64,000 nucleotides of DNA from Octopus sinensis (Eukaryota). The DNA is taken from contig NC_042997.1 in NCBI RefSeq assembly GCF_006345805.1, positions 174,344,001-174,408,000 of the forward strand, given 5' to 3'. Positions within the stretch are counted from its first letter, which is position 1, and every line of letters starts with the position of its first letter. Positions 27,314-41,190 of the stretch are shown here, piece by piece. The notes under the pieces were generated by a model. That model had not been told where the DNA came from. It saw only the letters and a program-made list of their open reading frames with translations, and ran no database searches. The position numbers and the translations under genes are program-made.

Positions 27314-27615
27314 TATGTATGTATGTATGTATTATGTATGTATGTATGTATGTATGTATGTATGTATTATGTATGTATGTATGTATGTATGCATATGTAT
27401 ATATGAATGCATTAGTGTTGCATGTGTAAGTGAAAACTGACACAGATTTGCAAAATTCGCCATATTATGTTTTCCTCTATTACTCTTTCTGTCATACATA
27501 CATATATGCATAGAGTCGTATATACCTACATATATATAAAACACAAGACATGCACATATATATATATATATGTACGTGTGTGTGTTGTGTATATTCAGAT
27601 ATGTATCATACACTT

Positions 27616-27653
<38 letters not shown>

Positions 27654-28323
27654 AACACACACACAGAAACACACTTAGGCATATATGCATGCATTCATAC
27701 ATATTTCATATTCACATTTGCACATTTGCGTTGGAATCTAATAAGATTTTGACCAACGGCTAAGGGAAGAAATATTGCCCTATCTTGTAACACTAGCGAG
27801 AATAAATAACTGGGCGGATTGTGAGTTTATTTGTAAAGCTATAGCTATCATCTTAGCTCCTGTGAACCTAACTGACATGAGAATGGTAATAAAAAATTGA
27901 CTAAAAGAATATGAAATATGTTATCAATTTCTAATCCAATCATGTAAATAAATAAATAGAAGGACATTGAAGAGCGTTTGGGAGATGGAACACCAATATG
28001 TATACGATTTATACATACATATATGCATACATATATATACATATATATGTATGTATATATATATATGTGTGTGTGTGTGCGTGTGTATCACTCTATCTAT
28101 GAATCTATCTATCTATCTGTCTGTCTATCTGTCTGTCTGTCTGTATGTATGTCTGTTTGTCTGTATGTATGTATATGTATACGTATCTACACTCACATTT
28201 ACATACATTTATTTTATTTATATGTGTGTGTAGTCATTGTGTGAATATGTATAAATATATGCGTGTATGTATGTATACATGCATATATACATACATACAT
28301 ATATATATACATAGATATATATA

Positions 28324-28431
<108 letters not shown>

Positions 28432-28799
28432 CAGAGACAGACAGACAGAGAGACAGAATAGGTTGTAAAAATCTACGCTCGTGATAATGAACATGGGTTT
28501 GATAATACACAGGTAAATTCAATGTGATTATCGTACAATGATCCTCAGTGTAATGTATTTGGAGTTTTCCGTTATAATTCTTATTGAGCACAGGCCGTTC
28601 CTAAATTTATAAATATCTCATTACTTTTGTTCTTACTAAGCCTCATGCGAGTTCTTTCAAGTCTCGCTCCAAAAAGTCATGTCACCATAAGCTTAACGTT
28701 TGGCTCTGCGTGTTTATGATGAGTAACAATGGTGTATTTCAAGGAAAAGAGAACAAGTGTTCAGAATCGTATTATTATTATTATCATTAGGATTAATAA

Positions 28800-29005
28800 G
28801 AAGGCTAACGGGCAGAATAGTTAGTACGCCGGACAAAATACTTCGCGACATTTCTCCAATTTTACCATCTGTGTTCAAATTTCGTCGAGGTTGACTTTTG
28901 GAATCGATAAAATAACTATCAAAGGTGCACTGGAGCCACTGAAATCGATTATATCTCTTTTCGAAAATTCCAGGCCTTGTGCTTATAATAGAAATGATTA
29001 TTAAT
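28800..29005 (+). mobile_element. SINE family C, diverged
   Basis: gggcagaatagttagtacgccgg..gttcaaatttcgtcgaggttgacttt..aggccttgtg..gaaatgattatt. Confidence 0.6.
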
Positions 29006-29859
29006 ATTGGCATGCAAAAAAATAAACAATAATTACTAATTAACGCCAGAACATCCGCAAACGAATATCTTTTTCATAGGTTAAAGATCACGTGATTGTA
29101 AATGACATGGACTAGCTACCAGAAAGATATACCTGTAGATGAAATATACCACAGGGTATTCAGCATTCCTGAAGGAAAACAGCGATATACCTGTTTTCAA
29201 AAATAATTAAAAGGCAAGCTTTCTATATTCCATTGGAAGAAGTTGAAAACAATCCACCCCGATGTGTTACAGCAGAACCAATGGCCGTTCAAGGATTTGG
29301 ACCTGGAGATCTCCATTTCCAGCGACTTCGAGGGCCACCCCCCAGTGGTGTCGGGCGTCAACGAAGAGCCCTCGACTACAAGACGACCAAAGTTTTTGTT
29401 TCCAAGTTCTGGGGTCTTCCGCCCCTAATCCCTAGACCATCACCTAATCACCCTTACCCGTCTTGTTGCTTAACAACAACAATAGCAGGACCGATGTAGG
29501 GAATACGAGGACGTGAATTTGATGTGTAAGACTGAGGAGGTTGAGAGGCAAAAGGTTTGGAGGAAGATTTCATATATTACCCAGATATGGCACCTCCGAA
29601 CTTAGGTAATATACTAAAATACATGAGAATTAGAAAGCTCATAGTAGAGATGTTGAGGCTGATAAGGATTTTAAATTTCCTGGACAGTTTGAAAACATGA
29701 TTTCAGATTGGGGACTCCGTTGATATCTCGAGACGTTAATCTACACCAGATGCCTTTTCAGTCGTATCACCATTGAAAGGCGTGAGTTTGAAATATGTTT
29801 TAATTTCACTATGTTAGAGATAAATTTTGATAATTCTGATAAAGTCAATTTCTTGTATA

Positions 29860-30655
29860 CACTTTGACCACAGTCTATGGGTCGTTGTCATGTGTTTTGG
29901 TAGTGGGCGGATCCAGCACATGGAGGTTGTGGCATATTCAATACTGTGTATACCCTCCTTGGCTGTTCAAAACGGTCAGACACCGTCGGTACATGAGGTG
30001 CAATTCACAAAAGCTATTGGTACCTGTGCCCACACACTGTGGAAAGCTACCTCCAGTTCCAAACGAGTTGTTGGCCTGGCTCAGCCGTCTCTGGAATTCA
30101 TGCCGCAGGTATTCAATTGGGTTCAAATCTGGGCTGAGAACCGGCCACACCATGGTTCCGATGTTGCACTGACGTAGAAAATCCATGGTGACCCTGGTCG
30201 TGTGGGAGGAAGCATTGTCCTGCTGTACTACGCGCTATGGTCACACGCTAAGAAAGGTATGATGTGAGGTCTTAGGATCTAGTCAAGGTAGCGCTGCGCT
30301 GTGATGCTATTCCCTCTGCCTGACCAACATCTTGGAACACATGGGGCCAAATTCTCTGATTCAGTCGTATTGCACCCGAAACCAAGATACTTTGGCCACC
30401 CCACGCGTCTCTCTCCATGGCACATGTGTCTTTGTAGCGTTCACCCCTCCTACGCCACACCCTCACTCTGCCATCCGAGGTGGAAACGCAGTACCGGCTC
30501 TCGTCAGAGAAGACTATAGGCCTCCGTTATTGATGCCGCCAGTGTCGGTGCTGTGTAGCCCACTGTAGTTATGCTTGACGGTGGCAGGTAGTGAGGACCT
30601 CGAGCAGGACAACGTCTTACCATGTCGTCGCTGATAGGCCGCTGTCCTGTACATC
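29860..30655 (-). pseudogene. Tc1-family transposase relic
   Basis: QRPISDDMVRR..IVFSDESRYCVSTSDGRVRVWRRRGER..WPVLSPDLNPIE. Confidence 0.8.
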
Positions 30656-30659
30656 TCCA

Positions 30660-31760
30660 TCAACTTTTTAGTCGACCTACAGAATATTACAATATAATTC
30701 TTTTCATGGGGTGGGAGTTGGGGGTTTTCGATTCATGTCTACTTATTTTTTTTATAGGGATAAGGTCAGAGTCAGCGTTTGGCGGTGCTGGGCGGGGTCT
30801 GATGCATGCGGGAGCAGATTGGGGTGGTGAGGGGCATGGTAGGGATTGGGTGGAATCGGGTTGGGGATCTTCGTCACTAGTGTGCTTCCTTCGTTTCCTT
30901 CTTTTTTGTTCCGGTAGTCCATTCTTTCACTACATCTTGTTCACATGGGTCCTCCATTTGTATTTCCATCGCCTTTGTTGCCATGCTGGGTGGAAATATG
31001 GTTTCCACTGATTGAGCCACTCGAATCTTTGCAAGGGGGAGGGCCGCACTTAAGACACCGGGGCTTTCTGCCCTCCACCACAACCCTCAACTCTTTTCAC
31101 CTACCACAATGGTGTCCACTATCGTGTCCAGGTCTACTGGGGCATCCTTGATGACCAGTTCCAGGTCTTTCCCCTTCCAGTTCCGTGCTTATACTCTCAC
31201 GGCCTGTAGGATTGTTACTTTCTCATCTAGGCCCAATACTATGGCCGCAATCAGCCAGGTAACATCCACTTCTGGTGGTATCTCCTCCACCATCACCCTT
31301 CCAAGGTAAGAAGGTAGGAGGATTATATTCTCTGTTGCTAATGAGGCCACGGAGTGTTGCCCGGCCTTCTCTTCGGTAGGAAACCTCGCTTCCACTGCTG
31401 CAAAATTGGTCCCCCTGGCCAGGTGTGTTATATCTGACCAGATGGGAGCCAAAGACTTCTCGATTTCTCTTCTTTCATCCACGTTGATGGGTTTTTCCTT
31501 TCTATTAAAACTTTTGTATGTAACCGTTTTCCTGGTTACACTCTGAGCCACGTCACGGCGGGGGCAGTCTTATTTCCTGCCCCTCCCAATACAACATGCT
31601 TTTGTATTGCTTTAGTTCGTTCGTTACCACTTCCAAATTTTTCTTTTCTAAACCGGCCGCAGCTGCAAAACTCTTTTGACACGCCACCTTTCGCTTCCTC
31701 AGTTCCTCCTCCATGCTGTTTTACATATTGTAGGGGATCGTTCTCCGACGAATCCATGTC
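30660..31760 (-). mobile_element. L1/Tx1-clade ORF1 (gag-like) fragment
   Basis: Frameshifted ORF with ..LARGTNFAAVEARF..VEEIPPEVDVTWL.. and LRVVVEGRKPRCLKCG (eroded zinc knuckle), then a Pro-rich tail. Confidence 0.6.
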
Positions 31761-32686
31761 GGAAGAGCCAATCTCCTCCAAGTTGCACTGCATGATAAGT
31801 ATCAAACACAACAACAAATTTAACAAACGCAACAAAGTGAGGCAACAAGCAATTAATCTTACCAGCCCTGGAACTTTGAAACACCACGCCCGAAGTCAAA
31901 ATAGGACAAATAGGACAAACGCGGTTCAAGTTGATCTTTATGCCCATAACCTCTACGAGATGCATGTGCAGTTCGGTTTGCATTCAACGCAGCTGCGCTT
32001 TGGCGTCTTGTTTCGGGGAAAGTTGAAAGGTCACCTGGTATTTGAGTCTCAGCCTAAACCAGCATGTCTTGGAATATTTACACTTACGTCCCCGAAATAA
32101 ATTTTTAGAATTTACCATATAAAAGCTACATTTGAAAAAATCCCGTTTCTTTTGCTGTTCAGTGTATATAAATCGATATAGTCCGAATAAATATATAATC
32201 AATTTAGAATCATTTAATTTTTTTTTTATGTTTCATGCTACAAATCACTATTTCATTCTTCGGAAAATTTGAAATATAACTTTATTCCATTATGACGTCT
32301 TCACATTTACATTTTTTGATAAAGAAAATTGAAATAATGGAAGTCCTTAAGTACACCATTGATTTTCATTATATCTTAAATTAAGAAATATTTCAATTGT
32401 GACGTTATTTCATCCCTACTACAAACACACTCCTCCCGCCCCGGCATTCTCTTTCCCGACTATAAAGCCACTGCGATATTCTCACTTCTTCAGGTTTTAA
32501 TAAACTATCATTGAATTAAGCCTCATAAACTACTTCAGTCAATTGCCCTCTATATCTAAGGATAGAGAAAACGAGGTTCGGAGTAAGATGAATTTTTCTT
32601 CTTCGCGAATAATTTTCAAAATAATCAAGTTTCAGATAATCCTCATTGCCTTGTGTGGAAATCCCATTAAATATCTTCATTATAAA

Positions 32687-32687
<1 letters not shown>

Positions 32688-32760
<73 letters not shown>

Positions 32761-32790
32761 ACAGACAGGCAGACAGATAGATAGATAGAG

Positions 32791-32849
<59 letters not shown>

Positions 32850-32913
32850 CAGATAGATAGATAGATAGATAAACAGACAGGCAGACAGATAGATAGAGAG
32901 ATAGAGAGTAGAG

Positions 32914-32988
<75 letters not shown>

Positions 32989-32990
32989 AA
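32688..32990. repeat. (GATA)n/(GA)n compound microsatellite
   Basis: Direct reading. Confidence 0.95.
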
Positions 32991-33296
32991 GAATCTTTTA
33001 ATACACTCAGCAACACGTGATATGATTATAATATTTGCAATATGTACGAAATGTGCACATTACCATACAGAATTTTAACCAGGGCACTTTCAGTGAAGTG
33101 AACCTTAAGTTTATAATCAGAAACACTGAGGGTTGTTTACTACTTGACTGGTATTTATTTTATCAACCCCAAAAAATGAAAGGTAAAGTCAACCTCGTTG
33201 ACATTTGAACTCAGAAAGTGTGAGGTGGAAGTGGTCGTGGTTAGAGTTGTTTGGGATAGCGTAAGTCGCTGCAACAGCAACCGGCTAATAACTTAC

Positions 33297-33431
33297 CTTC
33301 TGCATTTAACAGAAGACGGCCTAAACTTACATCTCCCCATCCCTTATCAGTAGCAACATTACATATCGTTTCACAGTCAAGCCCCATCTTTCCTGCCATA
33401 TATCGCTTATGAGCTGGGTCACCGCCCGAGA
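33297..33431 (-). other. Candidate internal coding exon of an unidentified host gene (135 nt, phase 1-1)
   Basis: Acceptor cttaaacag| and consensus donor AG|GTAAGT. Open frame xSGGDPAHKRYMAGKMGLDCETICNVATDKGWGDVSLGRLLLNAE(G). The sequence is not a repeat I recognise. Confidence 0.35.
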
Positions 33432-34089
33432 CTGTTTAAGACTAATAGAAATTCTGTGTACGCGCCTTGTCTGTGCCGATATGTTGATGTAACTACTGCT
33501 GAAGTGAAAGTTGAAGATTATCTTGGACACGGTGCTAGAGAAAATCTTTCTCTTCGCGTCCAGCAAGGAGAGAACATAAAATTCGCATTCTGAGGTCCCT
33601 CCACTTTATATATGTGTTATGTAATCAATAGTTATGGCTGGTAAGAAAGTAAGCATTGCTTTCACGTGTACTATTACACTTAGAATTATAGGGAACTCAT
33701 CAAACATTATAACAAGCGGCACATAAGCTCTTTACAATAGCGGTGAAGAATACATTTTTGTTCATTTTTATGTATCCTGAATTATGTTTGCACTGACGAT
33801 TAAAAAATGCATTTTGTGCACTAATTATGAAATCATATGGTATACAGCTGTATTCTGTTTTTAAAATGCTCGCTTCGAGAGTTGCATTCCATCGAGTTCG
33901 GTACAATGTATTTATTTATTATGGTAGTTTTGACTTTAACAACCCCTCCTAGCGTGAGGCATTTATGTATAGTAATGCCCTTAATATAAGTAAATATATT
34001 TAAAACGAATAACTAATGCATTTTTCCCTTATGAGGTTTTTCACTCTAACTACTTGATACATTCTTACAAAGATTTTATCCTATTTTTC

Positions 34090-34145
<56 letters not shown>

Positions 34146-34254
34146 GAGAAAGAAGCAACAAGAATGGATAGGTTTTTAGTACGATCGTTTCATACAAGGA
34201 CAGGTTTTATTAAAAGTTGCAATTTTTTAATTAACTTGAATCTTTATTGCTCTT

Positions 34255-34288
<34 letters not shown>

Positions 34289-34546
34289 AGGAATAGCCAC
34301 CAAGGTGGATTCCTAGTACCCTAGAAGATGCCAAATCACCTTATCACCAAGAATATGTTCTCAAAAACTTTAGCAAACGCCAGAGTGTATGCATGCAAGA
34401 CAAATGAAATTAGACAAAATAAGCTAATTAAGTTCATAACTTAAGATTTCGCTATTAGTGACAACTAACTTAATCATTTGTAGTTCGGCAGTGAAGTCGT
34501 TGCGGGAAACATAATCAAAGGAACTATATATATATATAGGGAGAAG

Positions 34547-34598
34547 ATCTTACAGCTGTTTCTAGGATATTTATTAATTATATCCCTTCATCGGAGAC
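34547..34598 (-). ncRNA. Type I hammerhead-like motif, variant core
   Basis: gtct-CCGATGA-agggatat..atatcct-a-GAAAC-agct-GTA-agat. Confidence 0.6.
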
Positions 34599-34857
34599 AG
34601 TGTGAGAGGATAGTTAAGTCATAGTTACTTTAGATGTGATACAAAATAGAGAGTGAAGTGGAGGAAAGAAAATAGATGCAAGATATGTATGCATATTGAA
34701 GTTGTAAATCCATTTTGTAGGCATAATGGTATACATGCAATATTCCAATATCCTATGAGTAAAGTCCAAAAGTCCAACAGAGTATAAAATGAGTCCTTCC
34801 AAATATAGAGTTTATAAGCAATGTAAGATTCCCTTATCACTGAGATCCAGCAGATTT

Positions 34858-35050
34858 ATAGGGAGAATTCCCGGAAAAAACAAAAGACGAAGACAGGGGT
34901 GTAGACAACTAACAGATGTATTAGTTTAACGCTCGGGAAGGGAGAAAGTCTTTCATGCTTCGAGCATGCACTCTTCCACAGAAAGTAACACAGAAAGAAA
35001 CAAGGAGAGAAAAAAAGAATGTGAAGTGGCTAGCGATCTATCATGGCGAT
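34858..35050 (-). mobile_element. pLTR-like unit family H2 (motif at 34950-34985)
   Basis: Homologous to 11110-11305; cttt-CTGTGGA-a-gagt-gcat-gctc-GAAG-catg-aaag. Confidence 0.6.
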
Positions 35051-35214
35051 GCTGGACAGAAGGGTTACACAGGAGGGCTAGGAAGGAGGTGAGATAATAA
35101 AGTGGTAGTGATACCAAAAGGTAGCTGCGCGTGCGTACGTATAATAGAGTATGTATATGCATGTGGAAGAGGGCTGGTGACCTTCACGTGTGATTGTGTG
35201 TGTGGATATATATA

Positions 35215-35547
35215 AAGACCCCCTTCGGTCATGAGTGACCATGGGTTTGCACCTAGAGAGTTACCCTCTGAGGCACAAGTCTGGGCAAGGTTTTTTTTAT
35301 GGAAGACCAGTAGTCGCCCATGCATACCGGCCTCCCCTCTCCACGCCACCAGGTGTTATCCAAGGGAAAGACAAAGGTCGATACAGCTTGGCACCTGTGA
35401 CATCGCAACTCATTTCTACAGCTGAGTGAACTGGAGCAACGTGAAATAAAGTGTCTTGCTCAAGAACACAACACGCAGCCGGTCCGGGATTCGAGCTCAC
35501 AACCTCACGATCGTAAGCTCGACGCTCTAACCACTGAGCCATGCGCC
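35215..35547 (-). mobile_element. tRNA-derived SINE family A (core 1, tail beta)
   Basis: ggcgcatggctcagtggttagagc..gagctcgaatccc..cttgagcaagacact. Confidence 0.85.
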
Positions 35548-35711
35548 TATATATATATATATAGTTCCTTTGATATATATATGTATGTATGTATGTATGT
35601 ACGAGATTATAGAAATGACAACGGGACCAAAAATCATGTAATGAACTGCATTAGCTTACTGCTATTTCTGCTGTGAGTCACAATGCACTCATAGCTGAGT
35701 TCTTGTGCATC

Positions 35712-35838
<127 letters not shown>

Positions 35839-36091
35839 CACGTCTATACACATATGCGTATAATATATTTATATTTATATATATATATACATACAAAATA
35901 AGAAAATGGAGAAATACATCTTAATCAATAATCAACTACCAGATAATGCCCAATCACATAATTTATTAAACCTACATATGAACATTAATGTCAACATAAT
36001 AATATAGAACAAAACAATGTACATGATGAGTAATATGATACAACGTAACAGTATGTATAAGTGAATATAAATAAATATAAATATAAACTAC

Positions 36092-36218
36092 ATCTTACAG
36101 CTGTTTCGGCCATGCAGATATGGGTGTCTCATTATGCTCATATTAGCCATGTGTGATAGGTTAATATGTAGTTATAAATGAGACACTTACAAAAATATCC
36201 CAAGGCCTCTTCAGAGAT
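36092..36218 (-). ncRNA. Type I hammerhead ribozyme with canonical core and ~100-nt stem II
   Basis: atct-CTGAAGA-GGCC-[92 nt]-GGCC-GAAAC-agct-GTA-agat. Predicted cut is 36096/36095. Confidence 0.85.
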
Positions 36219-37801
36219 TATGGAGTACAAACTAAATTAAATATGAATATCAGAGGAGGTACGCCCATACAAGAGTGGTTACATACCCATAATATATAAT
36301 ATACACATACATATGAGTGCATATACCCATACTCCTATACATATATATATATACATATACATAATAATATACAGCAATATACATACATATGTTCTATATT
36401 CAAGGTTGCAGTTGGTCAAAGCCATATATTATAATATTACAATATAGAAAACATAGACATATCTATATTCAAATGCAGATATACAAAGTCAAGAGTTCAT
36501 TATATTAAGTTACAAAATGCCATTAATATTACCATCATTACTATTATCATTGCCACTATTGCTACTAATATCATTATAATTATTATTATTAATAACATTA
36601 ATACCAGCAAAACAATATATGCATCACGCGGTTAGCAACATAATAGCAAAAACAAAAACAACAATAATACTACAGTACCATGCAAAGCATTATAGATCGG
36701 CAGATACATATAAAATGAAAAATGAAAAATGAAAAACATTGGTTTACATCATATTAAATTCCATAGGTGCATAAGCGTATATACGGGTGCAAGCCATGAT
36801 TTTGACTGTGATATGTGTAAAGTATTAAGTTCAGAGATAGTTAAATATCGAACGCCCAATACGATTGGCCGGCACATTTAAATTTCAATTGTCTTCGTTA
36901 CGGTTGGTTTGTTAAGAAATACTTACATACGTACACACGTATACGTGCGCTTACACCTATATACATGGATAAGTCACAATACAGGAAATACTAGCTTACA
37001 TACACACATATATGTTTACATACATAACTACTCACGTATATCCATAAAAATATATACATGCATGCAAACAGACACCCATACCCAGTCGAAGTACGTTATT
37101 AGCATAAGATACATAATTAAAATTGCACCGTATATTTCGTAAACAATTTATCGTGCTATTGAACCTTCCAGATATCCACAATTTCGACTGTGTTCCCATT
37201 CAAACCTTTACTAATAAACAAGCATAGGCATGAGAAAACTGCACCAACATATATATACACACACACACACACCCGCACACCCGCACACATCCATATACAC
37301 ATATACACTCACATGCACTGCATCCGCAAACATTTGCATATACATATATACACACTTATATATGTACTCATATGTATAAGAAAAACATATACACATATAT
37401 CCACCCATGAATATATATATACATATAAATATACATATACATACACATATGAACACATGTTGACATATCCACATATACTTACGAAATTACAGATATACAT
37501 GTCTGCCCACAGCTTTGCATATATATACATTCATGCATAACCAAACAACCGAAGGACATATAGATACATATACAATATGTTAACAGAAATTATTATTAAA
37601 TATAAAACGTAAGATATAAATTAATTATAAATTAAATTAATTATAAATTAATAGGTGCCAGTAACTAAAAAAAATAAATAAAATTTTAAAAAATAAATAA
37701 ATAAATAAATAAATAAAAAATAAAAAATGATAAATAATAAATAATGAATAAAAAATAAAATAAAATAAAATAAAGTAATGATAATAGTAATAATAAAGAA
37801 G

Positions 37802-37848
<47 letters not shown>

Positions 37849-38415
37849 ATAAAATACAAATTTAAATGTATACAAAGAAAACTTAATATATAAGACTGCC
37901 AAAAAATACATGGGAAAGCTTACAAAGATGTATATACATATACAATCACATATATCCACATATGTATACACAAGTATGCGTAGACTAATACATACACCTA
38001 CACATAAACATATACATATACAAATATATACATATACATACTGACAAATACATACACATACACACAAAATATAAGTAAATATATATATACATGTTTATCC
38101 AAAAATAAACCACATATACTAAATATAGACCCATACTAGTTACGTATTTGTATAACAAAGTCCCAAACCAACAACCTAAGATATGATACGTGTATATGCC
38201 AGACACCAATGGAAAACTCCATGAAGATCAAAATACCATGTATATATCAGAATATACATATATATTTCAATATATTTTCAAGCCGAGACAAAAACAATGA
38301 ATACAGAACACATATATGGAGATACAAAATTATAAATTATAATATCCATGAGCGCAATCCTATATAGAAAAATGTTAAAAAATTACTGGTAGAAAAAACT
38401 AGGTGCTATTTAAAT

Positions 38416-39325
38416 CTAGAGAAGGTATACGCTAGTCTGTGAAGGCAAAAAAATTCCACTCATTAATATTATTAATAATGGGTAGGCCAGCTTTGATGAC
38501 GAAGAAAATTTCATTGATACATAAAGAGCATTTTTATTTCTATTATTATATACTGGTGCAGAAGTGAGTATTTTCCATTTTAAGTCAAAATCTATATTCT
38601 TGCTCTTAAGTTCCCAAATATAAGTACTTAACCCCGTAGAATTCATCCTATTTTTTATTTTTAAAAGTGTATCTATGATAGTTTAGCCGTTATTTCATAC
38701 TATTTTTAGTCGCACCAATGTACACCCTACTATCATGTTGTGTATTCACAATGCATTGATAAACCACCTCTTTCCTCAGGCATTCATTACTGAACACACA
38801 TTTATCTCTGTTTCTGCAATTGCAGCTACTATCAGATTGAGGAAATTTAACCTTGCCACAATTCACTGCATCCCTATTATTATTAATAGTGTTACACACA
38901 TTCCCACTACTTAATCCTATATTTAACGGGTGTCCATGTTTAACATTATTGGTGATATTCTTATCAATAGGATTACTATTGCGAATAGCAGAATCATCCA
39001 TTAAATTAATATTTGTCGCTACAGGGGTAGTACTATTATAACCAGCGTGAGGGTTGCTCACGTTCGCACTAATAGATTTGTTGCCTCTCCGGTTATAGAG
39101 AGGCAAATTACTACTACCCACATTTATCTTTCTATCACTATAGAAGCGGTCTAATTTCCTATTATTAAAGGAGGGAATGATGGTGGCTAAATTGTGCGTA
39201 AAGCTATACCCTATTCTAATAGTTTTATTGTTAATTATTTGACCAAATTTATTCTTACCCTTCACAAAGTGCTTATACAATAAATTATGTATTATTCTAA
39301 CAATATGTTTTAATCTGCATTGCAT
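38416..39325 (-). pseudogene. PLE linker and GIY-YIG endonuclease (broken)
   Basis: ORFs 38690-39325 and 38416-38646 carry CNC..C..C, YIG and IWELK motifs. Confidence 0.8.
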
Positions 39326-39486
39326 AAGGGATTATTAGCCATAGTGCATCATTATCACTATGTGGGTTACCTATCAAATTCTTATTGTCGGCAAAAACCC
39401 TGTTCCTCTTCCATCCCATATGCCTTCTACGTTTAATATTGCCATGATTATGCCTGAAATCATTCTTAAAATTAGTTTTATCATTA

Positions 39487-39545
<59 letters not shown>

Positions 39546-39759
39546 GCGTAAATAAATCTTTGTATTATCATACATAATATCATTAATACCATTCGTATTA
39601 TTATTAATATTATTAATATAAATATTGTGCGCTAAGTTATTTAAACTAAGGTCAACAGCTCTAAAAGTAACAAAACTAGTATTATTGCCATACATATTTT
39701 TATATAGCATATTTTCTTTATCCTACAGTTATTATTGTCCATTCGAAATTCATTTATGT

Positions 39760-40945
39760 TATTAGTAATAGATCCACCTTGATTCGAAAGATTATTATTG
39801 GGTATATATCAAATTTTACTTGTGTAGCCTGCCTTAAGCAATGCCGTATTATATCTTTCACAATGCTTATTAAATATGTCCCAGTTTGAGGATAGATAAG
39901 AGATTCTTTGACTAATGCTACGTACCAGTGGCTTTTTAATTTGAGTGGGGTGATCGCTAGAGTAGTTTATATATACTAAGTTAGAATTAGGTTTAATATA
40001 AGGTTCATGTATCCCATTAGCAAGGTTGCAATTGACATCTAAATAATTGACAGAGTAATTTTCGTTTTCAATAATTATAGATAAGCCAAAACTTTTTTAA
40101 AATTTATGCAGTCGTTTTTTCAGTAAATCTAGCCTTCTATTAGATGTGTTTTTAACTAGAAACAAAGCGTCGTCTCTATATAGGCCGGCCTTTAATTCAG
40201 GGAATTCCCTATTTAGGTTATCGAGTAAATACATCCCTACCAAATCCGTCACTTCCGCTGAATCCGGCGAGCCCATGGTGATGACAAATAAATTAGGTGT
40301 GTCTTTTCTAGCCCATAATTTGTTATCAAATTCTATTAATGTTTTTCTAGCTGTTAAGATAACCTTTACATCCCCCATACTTAAGTTGGTGTGTCTCCTA
40401 GCAAAAATTAAAGCCTGATTTATTATAATAGGGTTAATGGAGGAGTAGCAATTTTGTATATCCAATTGGATAAATTTATTGCTACTATTATTACTAACCT
40501 TAATGGTAGAGAACCAATCTAATGCACCCTGAGTATTTTTCCAAAGGCTAAGCTTAATCTTGTTATGTATAGTCGGTAAGTATTTGTCAAGGATAAGTTT
40601 ACTTAATTTACCTAAGTCAGACTTGGTAGGGCAAATCAATCTAACCTGTGTGTTACCAAGGAAATTTTCCTTGTGGTCTTTAAGTGTAATTCTCGGTCTA
40701 ATGGGGGTATAATGTTCAGTTTTGTCTTCCAGATAATAATCAAACATTATTTCCCTAGCCTCTAAATTTAGTTCTCTGAGTGTATTAAAAGGTACAATTT
40801 TATACTTCTTTGTAATTTCTTTATGCAATAATTCATGGTATGTAAGAATGTCAATATTATAAATGTTACTAGTCTTATCAGAATGGGTTAAAATACAATT
40901 CTTACTCTTAAGAGTTCTTATTAATTCCTTTAACTTTCTTTGGTA
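39760..40945 (-). pseudogene. PLE reverse transcriptase (broken)
   Basis: ORF 40097-40960 plus a frameshifted continuation. The ATG in the track comes from the flanking microsatellite. Confidence 0.85.
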
Positions 40946-41029
40946 TATATATGTATACAATTATGTATCAATAAATATGTAATGTATGTATGTTTATATA
41001 TTCGTCCGTGTGTATGAATGCATATATGT

Positions 41030-41190
41030 ATGTATGTATATATTATGTATGTATGTATGTATGTATGTATGTATGTATGTATGTATGTAGGTAGGTAGGT
41101 ATGCATGCATGCATGCATGTATGTATGTATGTATGTATGTATGTATGTATGTATGTATGTATGTATGTATGTATGCATGTATGCATGCAA
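41030..41190. repeat. (TATG)n
   Basis: Direct reading. Confidence 0.9.

Larger units (their letters stand above)
35885..40945 (-). mobile_element. Penelope-like element, 5'-truncated: RT, C-terminal GIY-YIG, long 3' region with a hammerhead; probably the Hydra-type clade
   Basis: RT motifs RLICPTKSDLGKLSK, LDIQNCYSSI, TMGSPDSAEVTDLVG, GLYRDDAL, YLDV, SDHP. Linker SCNC.....C....C. Endonuclease VVY..YIGAT..LSTYIWELK..LKWKIL. Several frameshifts. Attaching the 36-38.4 kb tail to this element is inference. Confidence 0.85.

Noticed and set aside
29100-29330. Resemblance to a hAT C-terminal region (VDEIYHRVFSI..RY)
   Set aside because: The diagnostic S/NA.xER.FS motif is absent and stops are present; unsupported
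31900-32100. Possible continuation of the Tc1 relic beyond the L1 fragment (SPKQD)
   Set aside because: Similarity is too weak to claim nesting
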